Shown here one piece after another: positions 10,885-21,739 of a stretch of 33,203 nucleotides of DNA. The DNA is taken from positions 34,419,339-34,452,541 of the forward strand of contig NC_068995.1 in the NCBI RefSeq assembly GCF_001194135.2, read 5' to 3'. The DNA is from Octopus bimaculoides. Lineage: Eukaryota. The notes beneath the pieces were generated by a model. The model searched no databases and was not told the DNA's origin. It saw only the letters and a list, made by a program, of their open reading frames with translations. Position 1 is the stretch's first letter. Each line of letters opens with the position of its first letter. The position numbers were made by a program, and so were the translations under genes.

Positions 10885-11417
10885 CAAGATAGAGAAATTA
10901 TTTTTCCATAATATAAGAGAAATAACGTCAACTGTAACAGAGCACGAAGGAAAATAATGAGCGCGAAGGATATATAATAAAATTAAGGCATTAATAAATC
11001 ATTAGGATTAAAAGACCGTAAAATGGTGGCTTAATGGCAAATTTATTAAACCCCTTAACGCATTGAGAGTAACAACCGCATTGGATGGATTTGTAATATA
11101 TCGTAAAGCAAAATAATACAAATAGTAATAATCATTAGATATTTCCAGAATACTTGGCTGTCAACTATGCCAGTCATACAATAGTAATTTGGTTTCAGGA
11201 AATTCAAACGTGCAATATTAAGAAGTTTCACACGCTGTTAAATGAAATATTAAGCAGAATAATTTATGACTGAAAGTCGACCTTCAGAGATGTGAAATTA
11301 AATTGACCGCCAATGCTGGAATGAACTCTCTCTTGAAAAATTAAATTTCTTAAAGATGTATCAATATCAAGAATATATAAAAGTAGTTGTTAAAATCCCC
11401 ACAAAAGCAACACGTAC

Positions 11418-11556
11418 CTGCAATTTCATAGGGAAAAATGTTACTAATCGAATTCCTACATATAAAAATGTTTTCAAGGAAAACGCAGAGTGGTAGTAAT
11501 AACAGTGAGTAATAACAGCTAGCAGTAGTAATGATACCAAATCAGTTAACTATTTC
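11418..11556 (-). other. candidate exon (139 nt), probably non-coding or terminal
   Basis: Acceptor GATTTTTTTCCAG|G and donor GCAG|GTACGT. All three frames hit a stop within 5 codons. Confidence 0.3.
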
Positions 11557-12123
11557 CTGGAAAAAAATCAATTGCAAATAACTTGATACACCGAATGAAA
11601 TGTCTATAAATAAATTACATTGTTACTGAAAGGGAACATTAAAAAATGTATGTCATATTCTTGCTGTGTATCCAACAGAATATTCTCTCTACAAAATATT
11701 TTGAGATGTATGATAATCAGGTTTGAAATAATGCTGTCCAGTTTCAATTTAAAGACAATGAAAATTTCTATCGAATGTTATATAAAGGATTCACAACTGA
11801 AATACAGCAACCTTAGCATAATTTCACATTTAATCGTAACAACATTACTAGTTCAGTCTGGATAATACTGATAGACTATAATACGTAGGAAGGGACAGAA
11901 AGGGTTAGAAAGGGTATGAGAAGTAAAAGAAATGTGTTCATCAGTTCAGTTGTAATCGAAATTGCTAGAAAAAATTAGGTTACAGAAAAAGAAAAACAAG
12001 TTCTCAACAAATATTGACAATTCCCGTAAATACAAGCCTAGAAGTAATACGGAAGAAAAATTCTCTTTTAGTGAAAATAGCAAAAGAATTAGTTACAGGT
12101 TAGGTGTTAAAGAAACCATTTAC

Positions 12124-12235
12124 CTGTAAAGCCGAGTACCACGAAGGGTGAAAATCGAGAACAATTTCATTGAATTCCAATCTGAATCTCTAGAGTAAAC
12201 GGATATCCATTTTCCTTGCATTTGTAATAGATTGC
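12124..12235 (-). CDS. candidate internal coding exon (112 nt): NLLQMQGKWISVYSRDSDWNSMKLFSIFTLRGTRLY
   Basis: Acceptor TTTCAATATTTGTTGCAG|G and donor TACAG|GTAAAT. One open frame only (phase 1 in, phase 2 out); contains a GxW motif. Confidence 0.45.
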
Positions 12236-13039
12236 CTGCAACAAATATTGAAACTGTTTTACAATAAACCTCACTCTTTGGAAGATAAAGCGTTTTATCA
12301 TCTGATAACTTCGAAATATGTGAATTTGTTTATGTGCATGAGATGAGATATGTGTATGGGTTTATGTAATATATCTGCATTTGTTTATACGTTGGTACAT
12401 GTGTGTGTATACGTCGTATATGTACATGCGTTTATTTCATGTATTTGTATCTGCTTATATAATATATATGCATGTTTATGGAAAGTATATGCATAGAGAA
12501 TATTATAGAACTTTGGTTAATCGACAATAAGCATGTTTTAGAGTTCATTATTTGAATTTTTATGAGCAGAAAAAGCTATTAAGTGATCAATCATGAAGGA
12601 ATGAGTCCAGTGGGATCCACCCTTATTGGTCACAGATAAGTCAGAAATTAAATTGAATACTGCAAATCACTGGAGCACTCATCAATTTTTCAATGCTGTC
12701 TTTGAACTAATCGCATGTTGCAACAATTAAGAATGGAATTATTTGGTCATAGATACAGTTGAACATTGACGGCAGCGTCTGAACCAACAACCCATGATCT
12801 TGAGTTTAATAGTGTGGATTAAAAAGAGAAGACATTTATTGTCATCCAATGTATTCGAGGTTGTAGAATTTTAACAGAGAAAATAAATGAAAAAAGAAAG
12901 CAACATGTCTTTTGTTTTCTTTCAAGAAAATTATTAATGAAAATTAAACACGAAATCAAAATATGGCAGTTGTAATATATTGTTAGCTTTGTGACACAAT
13001 GGATGCATGGAGGCGTGCGTAGAATTAGCAATAACAGTG

Positions 13040-13075
13040 ACAACAACAACAACAACAACAGCAACAACAACAACA
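13040..13075. repeat. (AAC)n microsatellite, likely in the 3' UTR of the minus-strand gene
   Basis: Seen directly; a minus-strand AATAAA lies downstream at 12835-12840. Confidence 0.9.
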
Positions 13076-13376
13076 GAAATAAGAAGAAAAACAAAATATC
13101 AAAAACAGCAACAACAAATTCCATAGTCAGAAACATCGCAACAACAATAATTACAGCCAGTGGCGTCGGGTGCTTTAGCATTGGAATAAACAGAACCAAG
13201 CATTTGCAACACTAATACTGTCTTCCAGATAAGATGTGTACAGTTAGTTTGCAGTTTAATGTAGTAAACAGCAGAAACACTGAAACTAACAAGCATTTGC
13301 TGTGCGGAGTTAAATGTCTGCCATTGGCAAGCTCTTTGCAGGAAGAAGAGGTTTAAACCGGCTCACAAAACTCCAG

Positions 13377-13421
13377 TCAAACGTTAATGGGATCTAAGTT
13401 TGGTGGTTTACTCACGCAATA
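13377..13421 (-). CDS. candidate last exon, YCVSKPPNLDPINV* (or a 6-nt microexon 13416-13421)
   Basis: Acceptor after a T-rich tract (...ATTATTTTATAATTGTTGCAG|TATTGC), with GTGAGT 6 nt later. Phase 0 matches the end of exon 13908-14188. Confidence 0.4.
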   Translation of the reverse strand, partial: YCVSKPPNLDPINV

Positions 13422-13907
13422 CTGCAACAATTATAAAATAATAATGACAAGAAGAAAAAAATGACAATTGCAAGTAGAAGAACAAAATAAGATAATGGAA
13501 ATAGAGAAAAATTGAAACATACTTAGCGCTTTTATATGACAATATGACAATCCAGATTTTGATAAGGCACAGTTATCCAGGTAAAGTGTTAAAGATCGAT
13601 TTCTATTATCTCTCTTCTCCAAAAAATACAAGGAATACTGAATTAAAGTTTGTTTATTCCAAGCCAATTTTAAAATTACAAATACTAGATTATTCCAGTA
13701 CGGAATAATCTATTTTTCTCAAATTTGGACGTCAACATTTCATAATGTATTCAAAATGGTCTAACTTTATTAGGTAAAACTGTGAATCAAAAACGAATTC
13801 CTTTAATCCTCTTCAGATATTAACTGTTCAAAATATCGTTCATTGTTGGGTAACCTGCGCATTGAAAACTAAGTTTATTTACATTAATATTTCCACATAT
13901 TACACAC

Positions 13908-14188
13908 CTCGACCAACTGTCGCCGATAAGCTGCGTTAGAGCGTTCGAAGTTTTCGGTGTGTGAATACCGTCTAACATTTACTTGTGGTTCAGAATTTCC
14001 TGTTAGAACTTCCAACGCAGTGTTCATTGACAGCACTCCCTTTAACCAAAACTCTATAAATTCTGATGTACTTCCGTTTATATTATTTTCTACTTAGGTC
14101 ACACCATCCAGCCTTGTGTGTACAGACATCCTCAAGGTGTAAAGTAGGTGTTTCTTGGAAGAGATTACAGTGACCTCGAAATCATCTT
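13908..14188 (-). pseudogene. candidate exon (281 nt); 93-codon frame with one TAA
   Basis: Acceptor GTTCCTATCAG|A and donor GAG|GTGTGT. The phase-1 frame reads DDFEVTVISSKKHLLYTLRMSVHTRLDGVT*VENNINGSTSEFIEFWLKGVLSMNTALEVLTG...RRQLVE (TAA at 14094-14096). The phase-2 frame stops after 1 codon (TGA 14182-14184). Confidence 0.5.
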
Positions 14189-16083
14189 CTGATAGGAACA
14201 TGACAAACTAGTCTCCAGCAAAATCACGAAGAAGCAGTAGCTGCACTTAATCAAGGAAACATTACTTAAATTTCGTTTTTGTATTTGGTTTGCAAGATTC
14301 TTTATGTGAATTCGTGTGTTGAAGGATATTCTATCGTATCTGGAGAGAGTCATTCTCTTTTAGAACCCTATTACTTAACACATTCAACGAACCGGCGAGT
14401 GTGTTAAGTAATAAAGCATAAAAGGGAATGACTCTCTCCAGACACAATAAAGTCCGCCAATTGTTAAGTTTTAAAATGTCTAATGATCTACCAAGATAAC
14501 TTTTACATAACAAAAAGGGTGCTTAAAAATAGGTTCTCAAGAAATGGAAACTTACTCTGGAATGTAGTTTGGACAGTTAATTGAAAAATTGAATAACTGT
14601 CTAGAATATATATCTGTGAGCAGAAGGGGTGGAAGAGAGTAAATGGTGGTTGCAGCTTCTATGTATTGTATATGTTTTAGAAGTAACAGCGGATATGTTT
14701 AATTCAGAGAGAGATATTTTAATCTATATTTCATTAATATAGTGTAATCATTGAAATTGTCAAGTTCAACTTATGTAAGCAAAGAGAAAAAATCGTTACA
14801 TGCTGTGGGTCCTGTAATGCCATGGTTTGATAGGTTTTTGAACATACACAGTTATAATGGAAATGACGTCAAATTGCAACAACAAAAGACCAAGCAATTT
14901 ATTGTTATTTCAAGGATTTCAGTTTGAAAATTTCTATTCAAAGTAGTCGCTCGTTTAACTCTATGCTGCTTACGTCAGAGAGAAGTCATATAGTAAATGA
15001 TAAAGTTTTATATATAGATACAGATTTAATCGTTCTGTAGTCTCTCTAATGAAACGTTATTTTTCTGTTGCGTTATACATACAGAGTCAACGTTTCAAAC
15101 AGAAGAATGTGATCAATAGAATCAACCTTAGTATTTTAATAGTACTTATTTTACTCAACTGGAAAGACTGAAAAACGAAGTCAATCTCGGCAAGATTTTG
15201 AAGAGTCGGTATTTATTATTGAAAAGAGTTAGCAATCGTACAGTCCTGTTTCCTACTCACATTCTACCCTGTTGAAGTCGCATAACTACAAATGGAGAAG
15301 TTTTATACTGTCTATAATAATGGAATACGCTTCTAGCCATCTGAAATTTTAGATAATTTGTTAAGAGTGTATACTTTTTGGAAGAATAATCTGTTCCCAA
15401 TTTTCATCTGGCTATTATTGTTTTTGATACCTCCAGGTCAGATCCTCTTGATTAGAAGTATAACCAAAAACATTCCAAATGTGACTATGACTAAGTTTAT
15501 CAGATTTAATCGGTTTAAACTTGGTTGTTATTTCGAAGCGATCGGGTGGCTGCATAAAGACTGCTCTGTTAACTAAATATTTGTAAAATTTTCTTAGAAA
15601 ATTCTAAATTTCTGAATAAGAGATTTGAGTTATAGAAAAATAGTCAATACACTACGATTATGGCCATAATTACTTATATTCCAATAGTCCAGGTTAACAT
15701 AATACAAACGTCTGTACAAGGGAGTTTAGTTCAAATTTTTTGTTCGAACCAAGTTCAGGAGTGGATTGGTTTTACTTACCTTAATGAAATTGAAAACATT
15801 AATAGTGACTGTCCGTCTTAAAGAGTTCTGGGACTCATATTCGGTAATCCTGTATTTAATTTTTCTACTGGAGGTAACGGACATCAGTTTTGATTCTGCT
15901 TTTAAGTAATTTGGTTCCTTTGCACAGCAAACACATAGCGAAAAAGGGCTGAAAATTTCGGTATTCCCTTATTTTTCTTAAATTAAGGTATTCCTTTTAT
16001 TTTATAAGGCCATTCATTGCTTATTACAGACAACAGTAACCAGTTAACTGTAATATGCAGCAGAGATGAAGAAAGAAAACCAT
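14182..16083 (-). CDS. spliced gene model for an unrecognised, probably secreted protein (about 162 aa) with one in-frame TAG: 16083-16028, 15948-15780, 15549-15431, 15340-15261, 14613-14556, 14188-14182
   Basis: All five introns are GT-AG and the phases are consistent (2,0,2,1,2). Translation: MVFFLHLCCILQLTGYCCLPFSLCVCCAKEPNYLKAESKLMSVTSSRKIKYRITEYESQNSLRRTVTINVFNFIKPPDRFEITTKFKPIKSDKLSHSHIWNVFGYTSNQEDLTWRWLEAYSIIIDSIKLLHL*LCDFNRVEYIYSRQLFNFSINCPNYIPER*. Confidence 0.5.
14339..14442. repeat. inverted repeat / hairpin (47- and 46-nt arms, 11-nt loop); MITE-like
   Basis: TCTGGAGAGAGTCATTCTCTTTTA...TATTACTTAACACATTC pairs with GAGTGTGTTAAGTAATA...TAAAAGGGAATGACTCTCTCCAGA; two transitions and one 6x5 internal loop. 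Confidence 0.9.
14556..14613 (-). CDS. candidate exon 5 (58 nt)
   Basis: Acceptor CTCTTCCACCCCTTCTGCTCACAG| and donor CCAGA|GTAAGT; open in phase 1 (IYSRQLFNFSINCPNYIP) and phase 0. Confidence 0.5.
15111..15202 (-). mobile_element. SINE family C central fragment, intronic
   Basis: The reverse complement TTCAAAATCTTGCCGAGATTGACTTCG...TAAAATAAGTACT...AAGGTTGATTCTATTGATC matches the 9050 copy. Confidence 0.55.
15261..15340 (-). CDS. candidate exon 4 (80 nt) with in-frame TAG at 15286-15288
   Basis: Acceptor AAATTTCAG|A and donor AAT|GTGAGT; the preceding intron is 90 nt. Confidence 0.5.
15431..15549 (-). CDS. candidate exon 3 (119 nt): PPDRFEITTKFKPIKSDKLSHSHIWNVFGYTSNQEDLTW
   Basis: Acceptor TCTTTATGCAG| and donor GGAG|GTATCA; only phase 0 is open, matching the end of exon 2. 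Confidence 0.55.
15780..15948 (-). CDS. candidate exon 2 (169 nt, 56 open codons)
   Basis: Acceptor AATTTTCAG| and donor AAG|GTAAGT. Confidence 0.55.
16028..16083 (-). CDS. candidate exon 1 with a signal-peptide-like start, MVFFLHLCCILQLTGYCC
   Basis: ATG at 16083. The donor CT|GTAATA is weak but gives the required phase 2 and a 79-nt intron. Confidence 0.35.
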
Positions 16084-16369
16084 GCATTGAAGGAATGTTG
16101 CAATAAAATTGTAGTTGAATACTTTTAATTTTTCTTATAGCACTCATTTCTTCGAAACCGATAGGAATTCTACAATATCCATTTCTTTCAGCACTGAAGA
16201 TATGGTCGAATTTTCGTTATTATTGTATCTCTATATTTTTCTTTACTAAATATAACTGTTTCGTCTTGAATGGGCTGTTGTAAAGACGCTTTTGTTACCT
16301 GACAGCGATCCGGAGTACTTATAAAAAAAGTATTTTAATAATTCAAAATTGGAATCTATTCACACGCAC

Positions 16370-16425
16370 ATGCGCGAGTGCACACACACATGCACACACA
16401 CACACGCACACACACGCACACGCAC

Positions 16426-16467
<42 letters not shown>

Positions 16468-16492
16468 ATATCTATCTATCTATCTATCTATA
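16370..16492. repeat. compound microsatellite (CA/CG)n-(TATC)n
   Basis: Seen directly. Confidence 0.9.
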
Positions 16493-17530
16493 TTTGATTG
16501 ATGTAATCAATAAATGTCTGCTTTGTGTGATATATACAAAATTCCTCTTTTCTGTTCTGTTTGATTCGCATATATATTGTTGCCAAAACCCTAATTAATT
16601 CTGAATCATTTATTGTGTACTTTCAGTATAGAATACTTCAATCTTAGAGGAGTTATAATGCATATTGTGGGGTGAATGTGCAGCTACACGCACGTGCCAG
16701 CACGCACACACACATTCAAACACACGCACACACACGTACGCATGCACAGACACACATACACACACTCATACACACAGACATAAACTCATACACACGTACA
16801 TGTTAAATGCATCATTGTGCTACGAATGCCTATGTAAGTTTGTTCAAGAAATCCATTATCAACCTGCGTTACGAATTTTCGTCAAGCTAGAATAGTTTGT
16901 AGAAACTGACAATCAATGGATGTGTTGAATATTTGAAGTTTTCGTTTAATTGTTTGAATTGGTTATACTATATATACGATGACTAGTTATAATCTAATAT
17001 GTTATACACGCAGCTAGTTTTAACAAGATTTTCCATATTAATTGATTTTCGTATCAGTTTATGTCATCTTTCTAAACCCGTTCGACATACACGTTGCCAC
17101 GAAGGCGTCTGCCACGCATTATGTTCACACTCGTTTAATGTAATGGCGTGCCATACTGCTACCACATTATTATTATTACTATTATTATACTTATTTCCTA
17201 TTTATTTATGTGTGTGTATGTATGTTATGGAGATCACTAGGTGCGTATATGTAAACTTGTATATGAATGCGTTTTGGCATATATGACAGAATGCGTTATG
17301 TAATCAGATGCTCAGTCCAGATTCGTCCGTTGTACTGCACCTATTTCAAAATAGAATAAACTACATGAGTATGTACATAATATGCATAAATATATGAATA
17401 TCCGATTAACCAGCAGGTTAATATCTATTAAACCAAGGGTTTTAAGTGATACAAGAAATTATTTATAAGCAACATCATTATTTCGTTTAAAAGAATGATG
17501 TATTCTGAAGAACTACAAAACATGCTAAGT

Positions 17531-17985
17531 TCCATCCATCCATCTTCTCCACCAACTATTCCTGGGAAAGACGGTGGGGTACAGTCTTCGGGTACTTCAT
17601 GCGTAGGGTCATAACAGAAGAAACCGTCATTACACTTCCCGATTGGATTTCCAAGCATGATCAATTGAGACTATGGATATTATCCAACCGTCTCGTTCTT
17701 GGCTACTCTTTTGGTCTCCTGCCGGTTGGCTCGGTTTGAAGAATCCCTTTATCGATTTTTTCCTAAGACATTCTATTCAGAAGTTTGTAGTACTTTGGCC
17801 TGTTAGTGCGGAGATATTGTGGCTCGATCTGGAGAGACTCTCTGATCTCCGAGCTATGACCCTTGTCAAGTAACGTTACTCTAGAAATCCTTCGGAAGTA
17901 TTCTCTTGTATTCGCGATTGCACTTTTCCGTTCATTACCCAACATTCGTGACCATAGGTGTGGATAGGCACGAAAACGTACGAAG
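17531..17985 (-). mobile_element. RTE-clade LINE, 5'-truncated 3' end
   Basis: Minus translation FVPIHTYGHECWVM...RRISRVTLLDK..SSEIRESLQIEP...TGRRPKE*PRTRRLDNI...SQE*, then a (GATG)n tail at 17531-17544. These are typical RTE C-terminal motifs (YG.E.W, GRRP.GRP..RW). Confidence 0.85.
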
Positions 17986-19811
17986 TTAATTATTGAAATT
18001 ATGCTCTTCCCTTCAACTTCTGAAATTTAAAATTGAGATCAGGGTTTTATGTCGCGTAACGAGAGCTCAACTCGCTCTTGTCTAATCTTTTACATCACAG
18101 CAATATTAAACTAACAATAGTTCGTCAATATCTGGTGTATTACAATATCTTGTGTAAGGGGCCAGATATCTAGCAAATGAACTAACATATTAAAGCTACG
18201 ATGGGCACATCGAATAGTGCACTCTTAGATACACTTAAAAAGACGCAATACCCACAATTCAAATAAGTTAGGCAATAATTCTTTTTAACTGTATTAAATG
18301 TGAGGCTAAAAAGTAGCGAAATATTGATGAGTTACCAAGGAAGTCGCTACGTCTAGTAAATATACACATCATTCAAATCGTACCCTACTGCCTTCAAAAA
18401 AAAAAGGAAGGGACACATTAGATAACATTGTCCTAGAGGTACACTGTATATCGGATGAAATATAGGCGGAATGGCCATAGCTGGAATACTTTTGGTCATT
18501 GACCACCTTCTTTAGAAATCATCTAGGACTAAACAACATCCACCAATGATTGAGTTAACAAAAGAAGCTCATAGTTCACTGAACAATTTACGAGAAACTG
18601 CAGCCAAATCACTCAGAATCTGATAAAATTCTCAACTGTCCTCAAAAAGACAGGTTTGGATGGCTCTGATGATAGATCTATTCAATTAGGGATGATGATA
18701 GGCTAAAAAACATCAGTATAACTGACCCGACATTGAAAAAATAAACCATTTTTTCATATTTTCTTAATTTGCCCAATCTCTAAGCTATAAATTTAGTCAT
18801 ATATTTAAGTGTAAACTTGAAGCAAATTTAGGCAAATATGCCTATGTGTGTATGCATATATGTATGTACGTAGCGGGTATGTCATTAAACTGCGTCCAGT
18901 GGAGGGGCTCCAATTCAGGAGTTCTGGAGTTGTGGTGAGTGTGGAGTCACTCCTTAATCACTATAACTCTCATGTCTGTTCTGATTCGGAACAGTAGTAA
19001 CTGCCAGGGTCCCATCTATGCGTTAAATAGATTTCCCAGGGCTAGAGGAGTCTCCAGTTACTTTGGACAAAGCTATAAGGAAGGCAGCTCTGACGTGAAA
19101 CTTGGAGCCAAAATAGTACCAGTAATCATGCAACGCTTGTCATTGCAATCTACTATAGCAACCGAGAGAATGGTGTTGTACATGCTTTTGTCATTTAAAT
19201 TCAATAATATGCAGATGTATCTCCTTTCATTTCTCAATCCATTTGTAATTTATAAAGTCCTATCGAGACGGAAACGTTGTGACGTGTGAAGTCATATCCG
19301 CCCACATGCAGGGATGCAAGTAAATCTGAACAAGCAGGTTGAATGTGAGACGGTTATTAATTGATAAAACGAGGCAATCATCATGTATGTACGTACATAC
19401 ATACATACCATAATACTTACAAACACACACACGCGCGCGCACGCGTGCATACACAAATGTATATATTATATCTATAATCCAAATAATAAGAAAACAAAGA
19501 AATTCTTTGCCACATCTTTAAATCATTCGTTACAATTGTTTCTGTACCAAGTCTGCTTGCAACATCAGTTTACACAAAAATTTAAACTGAAAGTTTACGT
19601 AACGTTTGTGGTTTTAGACAGTAGATCTGACACTCCATCAGACTTGCATCAAAGGTGTGCCTTTACATTGTGAGTCTTCTAGACATTGTCTTTGGTTTAT
19701 ATCGAGAGGAAACAAAAAGTAAATAAAAGTGTAGTTGGGGGTGGATAATTAGTATAGAAATCATATGAAGAGGACAGAGAGGAAGATTACAAAGAAGAAA
19801 AGGCAGAATGT

Positions 19812-19813
<2 letters not shown>

Positions 19814-19863
<50 letters not shown>

Positions 19864-20025
19864 AAGAAGAAGAAGAAGAAGAAGAAGACGGAAGAAGAAG
19901 AAGAAGAAGAAGAAGAAGAAGAAAAAGAAGAAGAAGAAGAAGAAGAAGAAAAAGAAGAAGAAGAAGGAAGAAGAAGAAGCAGAAGAAGAAGAAGAAGAAG
20001 AAGAAGAAGAAGAAGAGGAGGAAGA
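19814..20025. repeat. compound trinucleotide repeat (GTA)n-(GAA)n
   Basis: About 16 GTA units followed by about 54 mostly GAA units. Confidence 0.95.
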
Positions 20026-20439
20026 ATAGCTAAGGACATAAATAAATGAGGAAAGGGTAATATATAGTAAATCAGTTTATCTGGACTAAAGATTCTCAGA
20101 GTGATCGGTCAATACACTGTTGTCACTGGTACCAAATTTCGTTTGATGAGTGAACATTTATTTCTGTTTACTACTAGATAGCATTGATCAACGACAAGAT
20201 TAAGTAGACAAAAGGGAAAGACGATGAAAATGACAATGACAATTTCCAAAATACTTATAGAGAGGAGAATAAAAATTATAATAAAAGGAATAGAAAGAAT
20301 AAAAATTAATGAGGATAATGCTAGTGATGTGTGTGGTGGGGGAGTAATGTGGGTTGTAGTAGAACGCCATAAGGGACCTGCTAGCGATCAGATCTATTCT
20401 GTGTGTGCAAGGGAAAAAGAAGGAAAAATTTAATAGGGG

Positions 20440-21210
20440 TGGGTGTGCCCTAAACAGTTAAACAAAAACTAAGAATTTAGAGTTTAATTGAAAAGTGGTC
20501 AAGAAATCTATAAACTATGTTAGTTTTGAACGAATATGTCTTAGGTGAATGAAGATATTTATTAAAAATCAAAGAAAACCAAATATACAAAATAAAAATG
20601 GGATGCATAGATTTAAAATTAATACTTAGTTCGTGATACTGATATAACACCCCTATGAAGGAGACTGAAGGTAAAAAGAGATTAGGGATAAATATATAAT
20701 GTATTACGTTTAAAAATTAAAAAAAAATAATCAAGAATCAAAGTCTAGAATTATAAGAAATGAAATATGATATTAATTATGCAATAAGCAAAATCTTTAT
20801 AAGTGGAGGAGTAGAAAAGGCGTAGTGAGTGAAAATTGATAGTTAGCTAGTAATATAGGTATAACAAACTTACAAAGGGGACTGTGGGAGAGTAGGATTG
20901 AGGTAAAACATAAATTTATGAAGTATAAAATATTAAAAAAATAATAATAATATATTATAAAAATTATGAAAATATATTGTTCGAGAAGAGGAATAAAACG
21001 AAAAATTAATGGTTGGAGAAACAATAGTCTGTTTAAACAGTTAAAGAATGAGTGTTAAGAATTAGCGGAAATTGAAATAATTAGTGTCAGCAAAAAGTTA
21101 AGTATAATATCTATCAGTGATGTAAGAAACATTAACTGACAATAGCTGAAAGAATTATGGAGTATGGAATATGGAATAAATAGTACGGGAAAGATGTGTG
21201 TGTGTGTGTG

Positions 21211-21265
<55 letters not shown>

Positions 21266-21490
21266 TAAACAATAGAGTAAAAAATTGGATATTAATTAAT
21301 ATCAATTTAATACCAGGGAACAAGCACATTTAAAGAATCAGGGAGATTCAGAAGAAAATATCTGAGGTTTCAAATGATTATTGTATATGTATCTATAAAA
21401 ATATATATAAGGGAGGCCACTAGGTGGACTGCTAATGTGCTAGAAGAAGATCACATGTCATGTGTCTACTAAGACCGAATAATTCTCAAA
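20440..21490 (+). mobile_element. possible highly decayed Penelope-like 3' portion (start approximate)
   Basis: A-rich strand with residual VGET (21012-21023) and ELWSMEYGIN (about 21152-21181), resembling GIY-YIG motifs. The 3' part is repeated, inverted, at 899-1081. Confidence 0.3.
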
Positions 21491-21559
21491 ACCGAATAAT
21501 TCTCATATATATATATATACACTGAGGCATGTAGATCCCGTCTTTCGTATATATCGATG

Positions 21560-21698
21560 TGCACAGACACACACGCATATCTATATACACACAGACATAC
21601 ACGCATAGATATACACACACACCCACATATATTTGTGCATACGCATATATAAACATATATGTATATGTGTATGTACACACATATACATGCATACACAA

Positions 21699-21736
<38 letters not shown>
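21560..21736. repeat. degenerate (CA)/(TA) microsatellite field
   Basis: Seen directly. Confidence 0.85.

Positions 21737-21739
<3 letters not shown>

Noticed and set aside
13212-13240. TAATACTGTC...AGATAAGATGT resembling miR-8/miR-200
   Set aside because: It needs a 4-nt insertion, and there is no complementary arm upstream.
12819-13296. Leu-, Asn- and Cys-rich ORFs
   Set aside because: They derive from (AAC)n and TGT-rich low-complexity sequence, probably 3' UTR.
13686-13712. 11-bp palindrome TAGATTATTCC/GGAATAATCTA
   Set aside because: Short and AT-rich, with no supporting context.
17428-17664. Cys-containing ORF with IVGGED (serine-protease-like start)
   Set aside because: It is an off-frame reading of the RTE LINE 3' end and has no preceding activation R/K.
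19761-20039. Poly-L/S/F/Y ORF; also the CV/HT-repeat ORFs at 21469-21850 and 31219-31655
   Set aside because: Translations of microsatellites.
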